From: an uncultured Lachnospiraceae bacterium
GTDB lineage: Bacteria > Bacillota > Clostridia > Lachnospirales > Lachnospiraceae
Direction: 5' to 3'
Length of the DNA: 64,000 bases
NCBI GenBank assembly: GCA_902781895.1
Contig: CACZLA010000006.1
Span: 835 to 64,834 of the forward strand
Notes under the pieces: model-generated
The model's input: only the letters and a program-made list of their open reading frames with translations
What the model was told of the DNA's origin: nothing
Databases searched by the model: none
Shown here: one piece after another, positions 8,029 to 18,507 of the stretch
Numbering within the stretch: the first letter of the stretch is position 1
Layout: each line of letters starts with the position of its first letter
Made by a program: the position numbers and the translations under genes

Positions 8029-11000
8029 TCAATCCTCCACAACTCCGGCAAGAGCCCTTAGTGCCATATATACTTCAACATCATTGTTTGATATTTTTCT
8101 CGAAAGCTTAAACAGTTCTATAGCCTTTGGAATATCACCGGATAATTCCGCCATTCTGGCCTGTGCAAGTATTTTATCATAACATGACCCATAGTTGCAA
8201 AAATCACAGGGACTTTTTTTCGTGCACTGCTCAACATACTTAAATGCTTCCTCGCCTCTTCCCTCAAAGAAATATATCATTCCCAGGTCACTTATCCTGA
8301 GAGGACTGGACGGTGCATACATTACATATCCCTCAACTGAGCCATATGCTTTTCTGAGACAGGCAAGAGCTCTTTTGGCCATTTCAGCCGCAAAATCTCT
8401 GATTCCGTAGGCATAACATGCCCCGGCAAAATACCTGTACATCTCAGCATATCGTCTGAGTTCACCTTTGCTGGTCGCATACTCTTCAGGCTTTTCTATC
8501 TTCAGCTGATCTGTTGATTTCTTTCCGATGCCGAACAGCTTACCCTTTGCATCCACAAGGGAATGGGCCGGATAAACACGCGCTTTCCCGTGAGGCATCT
8601 CAAATCTTATAACCTTCTCAAAATAATAAATAGAATTTTTGTAATTCCTCTCATCATTCAGATAAAAGTCTGCCAGGATTCTGAATATGTCTGCACATAT
8701 CTTTCTCGAATTCCCTTTGGAATTCACGTCAAGGCTCTTACTGTTATAGCCGTTATCATTGAGAAATTTATTTATATCAGAAAGCCTTGCAGCAGCCGCA
8801 GTTTCGTCTCCGGAAAGATGTGCCACACCTACTCTTCTAATCATGTTACGAACTATATTGAAATCGTACCATTTATTATTTGTCTGTTTTCTCTGTTCCT
8901 TATAATATGCATCTATTTCGATATATATCCTGTCAGCCGAAGCATAATCCCTGTTTCTGGTATGAAGTCTGGCAAGGATATCCTTTCGACTTGCGGTTAT
9001 TCCGTGTTTTTCGATACACTTCTCAACATACTCTATAGCCTTCCGGAATTCACCCATGGACTCAAAGCATCTGGCCGCATTCATAAATGGTGTCGGAGTC
9101 TCGTCATCCTTCATAACCTCTATAGACTTAAGGAAGCACTCCGCAGCCTCAGGGTACTTACGCATTTTAAGGAAGCAAAGTCCCAGTGCATTGTGGGCAT
9201 ATACATTTTGCGGATCAAACTCGATAGCCTTTCTCGCATCTGCCTCGGCCTTATCAAGCTCATAGCCATCCAGATAGAGAAGTGCCCTCTCTATCCTGTA
9301 ATAAGAATCATCAATCAGATCCAGCTGATGTGTTCCCAGCTTCACAGCCTGCTCATAGGCTTCTCTGTTTTCCTGATCCATATATTCTTCCTGAAGAATA
9401 TTCATCAGCTTATTGCTGGCCACCTTATGATTCGGATTCTTATTAAGGCACTCCAGGTATTGCTTCTTGGCTTCCCCGATACGATCCTTTCTTTTCAGAT
9501 ATTCTGCATACTCATAATTAATCTGGGCATCATCCGGATACTCCTGAAGCATGATATCATACACCCATTCCGACTCTCTGCCGCTGAACTCCTCAATATC
9601 CGTCTGAAGCCACAGGAGTCTTTTATTCTTCGGAGCTATCTTAAGGGCTTTATTCATGAATATCTCTGCATCCTTTATACGTATACGGTTTCCATTCTCA
9701 TCACGGATATTTAACAGCAGTGCCGCATAGTCACCGTAGAAAACCTCCGGTTCGTCCATATCGGACTCGCCGTTTGCTATACGCTCATCAATATTCTGAA
9801 ACATAACGAGAGCCTCGTCCTTTTTGCCTTCGCCATCAAGGATCTTGGCCTCAATAGCACGAAGCCTGTCGTTTTCTATACCCGCATCCTTAGCACGCTT
9901 CAGAACTGACTTAACATCTTCATCCTGATTGTAGATATAAAAAACTCTCGCAGCGAGAACATAGGCATTATCATACTGAGGATAATCACGGATGATATTG
10001 TAGTAATCATCTATTACCAGCTGCGCATCTCTCATCTTATGGGCAGTCTCCTGCCTGTGGATATACGCAGGAACACAGTGGTCGATGCTTGCGATCATCT
10101 CATTCCATATCTCCATGGACTGATCGTATTTTTCCTGTTTGTTAAGCATCTTGCCGTAGCTCTCCTGATAGAACAAAAGCTCATTCTGGTCTCCGTGTCC
10201 GGCTTTTGCTTCAGCTATGGCTCTATTATAATATGCATCAGACTGCTCATAGTCTTCCAACTCCTCAAGGCATGAAGCATACATATAGTAGCAGAATGCA
10301 TTTCTGCTGATACGCTCCTGATCCTTTTTGCTGAGCTTTTCACCCGCCTTGGATCTTGCCACCATATCATCCATCATCTCAACCCATTTTTTGAGATATG
10401 GTAGAGCCTTATTAAACTCTTTCTTTATGTGATAGCATCTGCCGTAGAGATTATTATATGCGTAAAATGTTTCATCCTCGGGCTCGGCTTTATCAAGCAC
10501 CTCAAATACACTGTCCACGTCCTCTATCCTGAAGTAGGACCATGCCAGTTCTACCAGATCTTTATTCGAAGCAGTTCCGTCTTCGTATCTCTTTTTATAT
10601 ACTTCAACGGATCTGCGGTTTATCTCCTTCATAAGCCATACCGCTTCAGCCATCCTGGAGTTTCTGTCCAGAACGCTTATAACAGTATCATTTGCATTCT
10701 CAAATTCCTCATCCTTCATTTCAAGGACGGATTTTGACAGTCTCGCCATAGCACTGTCATCACGTATGTTAAGCAGCTCCTCTACCATCTCTGCAGACTT
10801 AACATATATCCTTGCTTTCTCCTCTTCGGTAGTTGCCTCTGGTCTCTCAATAGTATCCATAAGAAGGAAATAGCACGCGGTTCCGTAGGTATATGTCTCA
10901 TACTCAGTTCCTTCCGGCAGCTTATAATCAAAGAGCAGAAACTCCGCCAGCCTTCTGGCATCGTCATACCGTTCCAACACCTTGAGTGCATTTATCTTTG

Positions 11001-11889
11001 CCGCCAGCTGCATGCAGTGAATATACGGAAAGCTGTCCAGATACTCGATAACCGAACAAAATGTGTCTATCTCTTTTTCTCTTTTTTCCAGAGACTCTTC
11101 TATAACGGACTTCTTTACACGTTCCTTTTCTTCTTCACTCATGCTGTCATCAACAGCATTCTTTCCGTCCTCTATCTCAAACTGTCTGATGTTATTATTG
11201 TATGCCTGGATAAATCCCATATGTCTCAGGTACGAATCTATCTTTGTTTCGAATTCCTCCGGATCAAATGTACCCGGCACACCTTCGATAACGATATCAA
11301 CAGGATAATCAGGACATCTCTTCAGAAACTCCTCTTTATCCTCTATATACTGAAAATCCACAAAGCCTTCGTTTAGTATATGGAACTCCACAAAGGAAAG
11401 AAAATCCGGCGGAAACATTTCCTGAAGGACAGCCTTATCCTGAACTATGCTGAATGTCTTATCTATCAGCTTCCATACCTCGTATGGAAGCAGGAAATGT
11501 CCCATAATAAAAACAAGCAGTGCCTCTCTCACAGCATCGGAGGTATCCAGCTCCGTACATAAGCTATCACCAAGCCACTCCTCCCAGAGAGAAATATCCC
11601 TTCTCTTATAGATATCCTCATAAATAGCCTTCAGCTTGTCTATGTGAATATCCACCTCTGACTTATTCTTTTGCTCCTCTGCAGCGTCTTCCAAGTTCCC
11701 GCTGTTCAGAACGTCATCCTCCCTGGCATAGTTTACAGCCAGCTCAAATGCCTCTCTGAGACGCATGAAACCCTCGGCATCATCCTCGGGATTAACAGTC
11801 ACAACCTTGTTTCTGTAGGCTGCTACTATTTCATTTTCGTCCTTTGTAGGTTCTATTCCCAGAACCTTCCACATATCTACTGTATTCAT
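8029..11889 (-). CDS. Giant J-like-domain / tetratricopeptide-repeat protein (1286 aa)
   Basis: The N-terminus MWKVLGIEPTKDENEIVAAYRNKVVTVNPEDDAEGFMRLREAFELA follows the J-domain helix II-III pattern but has NPE where HPD is expected. The rest contains many 34-aa TPR-like units (A..Y..AI....P....AY...A). Confidence 0.75.
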   Translation of the reverse strand: MNTVDMWKVLGIEPTKDENEIVAAYRNKVVTVNPEDDAEGFMRLREAFELAVNYAREDDVLNSGNLEDAAEEQKNKSEVDIHIDKLKAIYEDIYKRRDISLWEEWLGDSLCTELDTSDAVREALLVFIMGHFLLPYEVWKLIDKTFSIVQDKAVLQEMFPPDFLSFVEFHILNEGFVDFQYIEDKEEFLKRCPDYPVDIVIEGVPGTFDPEEFETKIDSYLRHMGFIQAYNNNIRQFEIEDGKNAVDDSMSEEEKERVKKSVIEESLEKREKEIDTFCSVIEYLDSFPYIHCMQLAAKINALKVLERYDDARRLAEFLLFDYKLPEGTEYETYTYGTACYFLLMDTIERPEATTEEEKARIYVKSAEMVEELLNIRDDSAMARLSKSVLEMKDEEFENANDTVISVLDRNSRMAEAVWLMKEINRRSVEVYKKRYEDGTASNKDLVELAWSYFRIEDVDSVFEVLDKAEPEDETFYAYNNLYGRCYHIKKEFNKALPYLKKWVEMMDDMVARSKAGEKLSKKDQERISRNAFCYYMYASCLEELEDYEQSDAYYNRAIAEAKAGHGDQNELLFYQESYGKMLNKQEKYDQSMEIWNEMIASIDHCVPAYIHRQETAHKMRDAQLVIDDYYNIIRDYPQYDNAYVLAARVFYIYNQDEDVKSVLKRAKDAGIENDRLRAIEAKILDGEGKKDEALVMFQNIDERIANGESDMDEPEVFYGDYAALLLNIRDENGNRIRIKDAEIFMNKALKIAPKNKRLLWLQTDIEEFSGRESEWVYDIMLQEYPDDAQINYEYAEYLKRKDRIGEAKKQYLECLNKNPNHKVASNKLMNILQEEYMDQENREAYEQAVKLGTHQLDLIDDSYYRIERALLYLDGYELDKAEADARKAIEFDPQNVYAHNALGLCFLKMRKYPEAAECFLKSIEVMKDDETPTPFMNAARCFESMGEFRKAIEYVEKCIEKHGITASRKDILARLHTRNRDYASADRIYIEIDAYYKEQRKQTNNKWYDFNIVRNMIRRVGVAHLSGDETAAAARLSDINKFLNDNGYNSKSLDVNSKGNSRKICADIFRILADFYLNDERNYKNSIYYFEKVIRFEMPHGKARVYPAHSLVDAKGKLFGIGKKSTDQLKIEKPEEYATSKGELRRYAEMYRYFAGACYAYGIRDFAAEMAKRALACLRKAYGSVEGYVMYAPSSPLRISDLGMIYFFEGRGEEAFKYVEQCTKKSPCDFCNYGSCYDKILAQARMAELSGDIPKAIELFKLSRKISNNDVEVYMALRALAGVVED

Positions 11890-11896
11890 TACTGTT

Positions 11897-14578
11897 TTAC
11901 TGTTTTCCTTTTTTCTTTTTTACTCTGCGGCTTTCCTGATATTTGATAATATCCTCATATACTCTGATACAGTTATTCCTGTCATCATATTCAAAGAAAT
12001 CGTCCGCTCTCATACGATAGATTTCCTTCATCTCACAGCCGTTTTTCATATAGTCCACCAGCAGCCCTACCAGCTCCTGTTTTCTTCTGACTATCTCACC
12101 AAAGGCCATGGTATCATAGTGAAATGTACCCTCTTCGTAATGGGCCTCCAGCTCCTGCGGATGATAGTACACCAGCGGCTTTCTCATATATGCAAAGTCA
12201 AACTGTATGCCACTGTAATCCGTCACCATGAGACTTGACTCACAGAACATCTTCTCGTAACTCATATCTCCCACAGCCGGAATAATATCTACATAATCAT
12301 TTTTATCAAAATCATCTGCCTGCGGACTGACGATAGGATGCAGCACATAGGCTATCCTGTAGCCGTACTCCTGAGCCGCCGCTATCAGATCCTTGTCATT
12401 GATAAGTCCGTTATATACTTTGAAATACGAGGTCTCTTTAAACAGCGGATTATAATCTCTCTCTACACCCTCATTCTTTGAGACGAATTTAGCCGACTGC
12501 ATTCTCCATGTAGGCGAGATCATTATCTGTTTTTTATCATCATTTATGAGCCCGTCATATCTCGGAATACCCGTAAGTCTGAGTGCATTATAGCCCACAT
12601 AATCATATACGGGATGTGACAGATTCTCTATCTCATACTTTGAAGCACAGTAGTAAAGTCTCGTATTGTCCCTGAGCCTCTGCTGCGCCAGCGCTATCTT
12701 CTGTACTGACAGACCATGCTGCAGGCATACAGTATGAAAGTCCACTATGCCTCTCACATATCTTGAATTCTCAAGATAATAATCATTAAATGCAAACACC
12801 GTAGAGTTTGTAACCAGCATCATATCCGCATTCAGGAATATAAGTCTATGCTTAAAGCTTCCTCTTTTCAGCGGCTTATATCCTTCAGATCTGAGCCTTG
12901 CATAATCCGCAGCGTTTCTGTCGATGAGATAATACAGTCTGTCGGGGCTGATCCTCTTACTTCGTTTCTTTGCTTTCTTATCAGAGGAATCCGACTTATC
13001 TTTCATCCTATCGGTGTCCGACTTATCCTTCATCCTCTGGTATGCATATTTATACATATACTCTGCAGAATCGCCGCCCTTATATATCTTATCGAAGAAC
13101 ATCCATATATTTTTGTTCTTGTAATACGGTCTCGTAAATACCCAGGCCATTCTGAGAAGCAGGAATCTGAATCTGTGCATCTGAAAAGATATGAGCAGCT
13201 GCCACCATATCTTCAGTTCCTTTCCTGCCATGGAGAACCAGTTATATTTTTTAACCACTATCCCCGTTACGATTATCTCATCCTTTTCATCATGAAAATG
13301 CTCCGTAACTGCGAGATAATTTCCGAAATGCCAGTAGGTTCCGGAAGGATAGGCCTCCAGCCTGCTGGTATGCGACTTGAATTCATATTTTATCTCATAT
13401 GCTTCTTTTTCATATTCCATAAAGAAACGCATGATATGTTTCTTTTTATCCCGGAAATGTTTATCCAGGGATACGCTTGCATGAAACGGATATCTTTTAT
13501 ATGCTGCTACTCCGAAATATTTTGTGAGAGAATATCTGTCACAAATCTGAATATCATACCTCTCTCCGTCTATCTCAAAATAGTATCTTACCTTTCGGGC
13601 GTCATAGATATCCGGAAGGGATCCGTCTATTTCCAGCATACCGTCCTTATAATCCATAAACTGGATATTACAGGATAGTCTGTCGGAGTTATATATCCTT
13701 GCATCCCCTGAGTAGATCATCAGCTCAGGATGATCATTTTCCTCATCTGTTTCCCGCTTATAGCTGAGGAAATCATCCTCTGCCTCTTCAGTCTCATACT
13801 CTCCGGAGCTCTGCCATGCATATTTAAATCTCAGCAGCATTCTGGAATACTGGTAATCCCTTTTATATACCGGATGCAAGTAAGTATTCATGATGATATC
13901 ATCATCTATATACTGCAGAGCCTCACCTATCTTCTCCCTGAATTTTACTGTCTGCTCAGGGCCGAGGACATGGCGGTTATTATTGTTCTGATTGGCATCC
14001 AGTCTGCAGGCAATGCTGTACATCCCGTAAAACTGAATAAGAAAGCTGAGAGGATTTTCTTCCCTCTCTTCATTCATATCTTTCAGTAATGGCAACAAAA
14101 ATCCATCCATGTGATCCAGGTACCATGCCTTGTCATAGATACCCTCAAACTCACGATAATTACCGTCTCCCGGCTCTCCCTGGATATACTCAATATCCTG
14201 AGCCACAAGAAACGGTGCATATCTGATGATCTTTAACAGATAGTCTGCCTCATAGTTATATTTCAGACTGCTGTCGAGTCTATAGGGCAGGGTGCTTAAA
14301 CGATTGATATTCAGCATGACACCGGCCATCCTGTTGGGAAACTGAAACAGCTTCTTCGGAGTGGCAAGCACAGCCTGCTCGTTCATATCAAGTATGTCCG
14401 CCAGCTTGTCTGCCATATCACAAACATACTTCTCACCCTTTCTGCCGCCCTTAAATGTATCTCCAACGGACAGAATAAGAAGATAACCGCTATGGTTATT
14501 ATCGAGAAATCTGTTAAACTTCTTTATGAAATTTTCTCTGTCTTTTTTTACTATTATGTGGTATCTCTTGTCTGCCAT
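11897..14578 (-). CDS. CDP-glycerol glycerophosphotransferase family protein (TagF/TagB-like teichoic-acid synthase) with a large uncharacterised N-terminal half
   Basis: The C-terminal ~400 aa matches the Glyphos_transf pattern (IWMFFDKIYKGGDSAEYMYKYA ... LTGIPRYD ... ISPTWR ... LHP ... DYSGIQFDFAYMRKP). An internal coding repeat DRMKDKSD x2 is present. Confidence 0.8.
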   Translation of the reverse strand: MADKRYHIIVKKDRENFIKKFNRFLDNNHSGYLLILSVGDTFKGGRKGEKYVCDMADKLADILDMNEQAVLATPKKLFQFPNRMAGVMLNINRLSTLPYRLDSSLKYNYEADYLLKIIRYAPFLVAQDIEYIQGEPGDGNYREFEGIYDKAWYLDHMDGFLLPLLKDMNEEREENPLSFLIQFYGMYSIACRLDANQNNNNRHVLGPEQTVKFREKIGEALQYIDDDIIMNTYLHPVYKRDYQYSRMLLRFKYAWQSSGEYETEEAEDDFLSYKRETDEENDHPELMIYSGDARIYNSDRLSCNIQFMDYKDGMLEIDGSLPDIYDARKVRYYFEIDGERYDIQICDRYSLTKYFGVAAYKRYPFHASVSLDKHFRDKKKHIMRFFMEYEKEAYEIKYEFKSHTSRLEAYPSGTYWHFGNYLAVTEHFHDEKDEIIVTGIVVKKYNWFSMAGKELKIWWQLLISFQMHRFRFLLLRMAWVFTRPYYKNKNIWMFFDKIYKGGDSAEYMYKYAYQRMKDKSDTDRMKDKSDSSDKKAKKRSKRISPDRLYYLIDRNAADYARLRSEGYKPLKRGSFKHRLIFLNADMMLVTNSTVFAFNDYYLENSRYVRGIVDFHTVCLQHGLSVQKIALAQQRLRDNTRLYYCASKYEIENLSHPVYDYVGYNALRLTGIPRYDGLINDDKKQIMISPTWRMQSAKFVSKNEGVERDYNPLFKETSYFKVYNGLINDKDLIAAAQEYGYRIAYVLHPIVSPQADDFDKNDYVDIIPAVGDMSYEKMFCESSLMVTDYSGIQFDFAYMRKPLVYYHPQELEAHYEEGTFHYDTMAFGEIVRRKQELVGLLVDYMKNGCEMKEIYRMRADDFFEYDDRNNCIRVYEDIIKYQESRRVKKKKGKQ

Positions 14579-14609
14579 ATTCCTTGCTTTCCAATAAAGG
14601 ATTTTATTT

Positions 14610-14987
14610 TTAAACCTCTGCTATAGCTTCCATCTCTATAAGAACATCCTTCGGAAGACGAGCTACCTCCACGCAGCTTCTTGCAGGATAATCGCCTGTA
14701 AAATACTCGGCATAGATCTCATTTACCTTTGTAAAGTCATTCATATCCTTCAGGAATACAACAGTCTTTACAACCTGTGACATACCGACACCGCGTGCTG
14801 AAAGGATAGCCTTTACATTTTCAAAAACACGTCTTGCCTGTACTTCAATACCACCCTCAACCAGAGTATTTGTCTCCGGATCGATAGGTATCTGACCTGA
14901 TGTGAATAACAGATTTCCTGTCTTCACTGCCTGTGAGTATGGTCCTATAGCTGCGGGTGCCTTGTCTGTTGCAATTATTTCTTTCAT
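14610..14987 (-). CDS. ridA: RidA family reactive-intermediate deaminase (YjgF/L-PSP)
   Basis: 125 aa with [11 protein letters not shown]...GQIP...[22 protein letters not shown], the classic RidA signature. Confidence 0.92.
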   Translation of the reverse strand: MKEIIATDKAPAAIGPYSQAVKTGNLLFTSGQIPIDPETNTLVEGGIEVQARRVFENVKAILSARGVGMSQVVKTVVFLKDMNDFTKVNEIYAEYFTGDYPARSCVEVARLPKDVLIEMEAIAEV

Positions 14988-15012
14988 TTTTATTCTCCTT
15001 CTATCATAAATT

Positions 15013-15912
15013 TTATTTTTTTAAAATACTGTCATCTGTTATCTCTATCTTCCCATTTTTCAAGAGTCTTCCAACCGCTCTTTTAAATGCATTCTTACTG
15101 ATTCCGAATTCCTTTTTGATAAGTGCTGCATCAGCCTTGTCAGTAAAGGGCAGTTTTCCGCCGTAGCTTTCGATGATGTCCAGCACCATCATGGCATCCT
15201 TCTCCATCTGCTGAGGTATCTCATCACGCATGGCAAGATCCAGCTTTCCGTCGTCTCTTGCTTTTACGACGCGGCATACAACCTCATCACCCACATGAAG
15301 ATTTTCAAATACCTCATTTGAATGTATAAGGCCTGAGTACCTGTACTGACTCTTCATTTTGTCCTGACCGTCTGATCCATCCGTATCTACAGCCATATTT
15401 TCGACAGCCACAAAGACTCCGAAATCCTTCTTGATATTATAGACTACTCCTCTGACATGGTCGCCTTTTTTGAACATGTCATTGGGTTTAAGTGCTCCCG
15501 CTATTTTCATAGAAGCAGCCAGTCTTCCGGTTTTATCAACATATAATCTCACAGGATATAGCCGCTCCTGCTGAACCTTCACAGTCTGCTCCCTGAAAGG
15601 CATGAACAGATCTCTGCTGAGTCCCCAGTCGAGAAATGCACCTATATCGCTTACGGACTTTACCTTAAGACGCCTTATCTCTCCCAGTGTTATCAGGGGG
15701 CTGATGGTCGTTGCAATAACCCTGTCCTCCGAATCCCTGTATAAAAACACCTCTATATTGTCTCCTGTCTCAAGTCCTTCCGGTATCTGCTTCGATGGAA
15801 GAAGCACATCCATTATATCGGGATTTACATCAAGTCCCTTTCCGTCTGTCAGATATGCACCCACGTCCTTGATCCTGTCTATTCTGAGAATATTCCACTT
15901 TCCAAGTTCCAT
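15013..15912 (-). CDS. cvfB: S1-like RNA-binding protein CvfB/YitL family
   Basis: 299 aa with repeated S1-like modules (GAYLTDG, GAFLDWG, GVFVAVE) and a C-terminal winged-helix part ([21 protein letters not shown]). Confidence 0.8.
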   Translation of the reverse strand: MELGKWNILRIDRIKDVGAYLTDGKGLDVNPDIMDVLLPSKQIPEGLETGDNIEVFLYRDSEDRVIATTISPLITLGEIRRLKVKSVSDIGAFLDWGLSRDLFMPFREQTVKVQQERLYPVRLYVDKTGRLAASMKIAGALKPNDMFKKGDHVRGVVYNIKKDFGVFVAVENMAVDTDGSDGQDKMKSQYRYSGLIHSNEVFENLHVGDEVVCRVVKARDDGKLDLAMRDEIPQQMEKDAMMVLDIIESYGGKLPFTDKADAALIKKEFGISKNAFKRAVGRLLKNGKIEITDDSILKK

Positions 15913-16006
15913 TATTTACTGTTCCTTACTTCTTATTCTTTATTTCTGTTTCCTTTTCCTACCTGATGAATTCTTACCGGTCATTCATTCACTATATTCA
16001 TTTTCT

Positions 16007-18493
16007 TTATTCCCCGGATTTAGATAGCTCAGTTGCCACATCCAGCTTCAGCTGTCTGAAGAACAGCAGATTGGTTCCGCATACCATGAACAGCTCAAGC
16101 ACCATCGTTATTATTATTCCCCACCAGAAGATATGCATTCCGGAATTGATAATATATGACAGCACAGCCTTATGAATGATAAACTGCGCTCCAAGTCCTA
16201 TAATGAGTCCTGCCACACTGGAGATGATCCAAACGATACCACCCTCGAGAATGACGGATTTCGTAAGGGACTTCTTCGACATACCTATAGCCCTCAGCTG
16301 TGCAAACTCACCCCGCCTCAGCTGCAGGCTGCTTATGGTCACATTCATGGCATTGAATACATTTATCAAAACTATAAGCAGCGCCACCGCTCCGATAATT
16401 ATCATATTCCTGATACCACCTGTGGCTCCGTTTATAAAAGCGAGATACGAGGAGTCGTACATTTCTTCCATCATAAAGTCCACAAATTTTTCCGAGGAAA
16501 GATCTGAACTGTAAATGTTACTTATGTGGAACTGATATCCGGTAAAATCCATCTCACCTCTGTCGGTTATTTCGTAAAATCTGTCAATCGGAACCACCAG
16601 CGTCGGAGTTGTAACACGATGATTGGGATCCTGACTGACTATTCCCTCTACTACCAGAGTCCTGCACTTTCCCTCTTCTATCAGTTTTTCTCTGGCACTG
16701 TTTATGACCCAGCACCTTTTTCTGACAGCCGTGCTTACTTCATGATATCCCTCTTTATCCTGATTCTTCTTATCATACTCTTCGGCTCTTTTCAGTTCCT
16801 CACGGACCAGAGCCTTTAACTCCTTCTCGTCCACGATAACAATCTCGTCTCCCACCTTGAGATCGGTAAGCTCGTATGGATGAGACTCATTATATAAGTA
16901 CTCCGTGTCCACATCCCAGGCATTCTCCAGCTTGGCCTGATTTACCAGGATGACACCATTTTCCGAAAGCTCTGTGGTGCCGTCTATCAGATAATCCTTA
17001 TACCTTGAAAAGTCCTTTTTATCGTATCCGTAGATACTGAAACTCGAATCCCAGAGAGTGTACATTGCATTATTGTCCGCCATGGCACCCTCTTTTCCTT
17101 CATCGGGTTCCATAACAGAATAATCGATCAGCCCTTTACCGCTGTCCCTGTACTCTTTTCTCGCCTTCTTCTCAAGTTCCAGCTTATTTTCCAGTTCATC
17201 TGTTTCAGGTCCGAGTTTTCCAAAAAGGGAAGCTTCCAGGGTTTCATCCTTGTAATTTCCCCTGAGATGTTCATATACCCATCTGTCCTGAGCTGTAAAT
17301 AACGTATCTGAATATACCCTCTTCGCAGAATCTATTCCGACAGTCTTTTCTATCCTTTCCACCGTATCCGTGGTATAAAGCTGCGTCTTTTCCTCCTCGG
17401 GCCTATAGCATGGCATGGTATCGGCTATACAGTACTCCTGATAATAACCGCTTCTGTCGGTTACCGAATCTATAAAATCCTTAAAGAAAACGATGATTCC
17501 GCCTATAACCACAACTGTCACAAGACCAAATGCCATGGCAATGGTTGTCTTAATAAATCTGCCGTTGTTTCGCTTTATATTTTTATAGGCGTAGTCACCT
17601 TCCACACCGAAAAGCTTCTTCCAGATACGACCCTTTACTCTTTTTATCTTACCGGTCTTTATCCTGCAGTTTCCTCTGACGGACTCGATGGGGCTCACCT
17701 TCAGAACGCTCTTTATACCGTCGTTTATGGCAAAGAACATATCCCCGTAAAATGTAACAAGAAGCAGCACAAACGGAATGATATGAAATGCCACCGGATA
17801 ATGTCTGGTTTTGCAAAATTGAATACTCAGCAGGAAGCCGGAGAGGATTCCGCCGAATACGCCTATGGTCTCCAGGATAAATGATTCCCTGAATATGATT
17901 GCCTTTATCTGCTTCTTCGTTGCACCGACACATCTTAAGATTCCATAATCCCGTATTCTCTCCATAGCTGATATCTGTATGGAATTTCTCAGTATACCCA
18001 CACCGACTATGGAGAATATAACCGCAATAAATATGGCCCCCAGTATAAGTATGTAGCCCATACTTCCGTCACTGATTCCGTAGGTCCACAGCAGATCCTC
18101 ATTAAGCTCGGCCTCAACTCCGTATTTTTCTTCAAGATAATCTCTGTTGCTCTTTGCTTTATAAACATTTTTTATCTTCAGATAAAGAGCTGTCTCGTAT
18201 TCATTTCCGGCGATATCATCCTTCGTAATGTTACTGTTGCTCTGTATCTTATCTACAAAGTCTTCATTTATGATCTGGGATCTTGCATCCAGATCATCGG
18301 ATATAACAACTATCTCATAATCATTTTCCTTTCGTTTCTCTGCCCTTTCCTTATCCAGCCATCCACACATCGTATTGAGAAATGTATAGAGAAACATGGC
18401 CACCAGCAGACAGCCAACTACGGTAATTATCGATCGTCTTTTGTTCTGTTTTAAGTATCTGTTTCCAAGTGTTTTGAAACTGTTCACGACCAT
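16007..18493 (-). CDS. ABC transporter permease, FtsX/MacB-like with two FtsX modules and a large extracytoplasmic domain
   Basis: 828 aa. Two C-terminal-type FtsX 4-TM blocks (ILRCVGATKKQI..., LRAIGMSKKSL...) are separated by a long soluble region. Confidence 0.8.
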   Translation of the reverse strand: MVVNSFKTLGNRYLKQNKRRSIITVVGCLLVAMFLYTFLNTMCGWLDKERAEKRKENDYEIVVISDDLDARSQIINEDFVDKIQSNSNITKDDIAGNEYETALYLKIKNVYKAKSNRDYLEEKYGVEAELNEDLLWTYGISDGSMGYILILGAIFIAVIFSIVGVGILRNSIQISAMERIRDYGILRCVGATKKQIKAIIFRESFILETIGVFGGILSGFLLSIQFCKTRHYPVAFHIIPFVLLLVTFYGDMFFAINDGIKSVLKVSPIESVRGNCRIKTGKIKRVKGRIWKKLFGVEGDYAYKNIKRNNGRFIKTTIAMAFGLVTVVVIGGIIVFFKDFIDSVTDRSGYYQEYCIADTMPCYRPEEEKTQLYTTDTVERIEKTVGIDSAKRVYSDTLFTAQDRWVYEHLRGNYKDETLEASLFGKLGPETDELENKLELEKKARKEYRDSGKGLIDYSVMEPDEGKEGAMADNNAMYTLWDSSFSIYGYDKKDFSRYKDYLIDGTTELSENGVILVNQAKLENAWDVDTEYLYNESHPYELTDLKVGDEIVIVDEKELKALVREELKRAEEYDKKNQDKEGYHEVSTAVRKRCWVINSAREKLIEEGKCRTLVVEGIVSQDPNHRVTTPTLVVPIDRFYEITDRGEMDFTGYQFHISNIYSSDLSSEKFVDFMMEEMYDSSYLAFINGATGGIRNMIIIGAVALLIVLINVFNAMNVTISSLQLRRGEFAQLRAIGMSKKSLTKSVILEGGIVWIISSVAGLIIGLGAQFIIHKAVLSYIINSGMHIFWWGIIITMVLELFMVCGTNLLFFRQLKLDVATELSKSGE

Positions 18494-18507
18494 CCGCTCC
18501 CCGGTTC

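Noticed and set aside
8563-9714. 383-aa plus-strand ORF inside the J-like/TPR gene. Similar long antisense ORFs are 12848..13678, 43019..43564, 43694..44377, 50965..51723, 53957..54409 and 54620..55021.
   Set aside because: All lie antisense to long, motif-supported genes. They have Ile/Leu/Phe/Ser-rich low-complexity composition typical of shadow ORFs in AT-rich coding DNA, and they lack RBSs.
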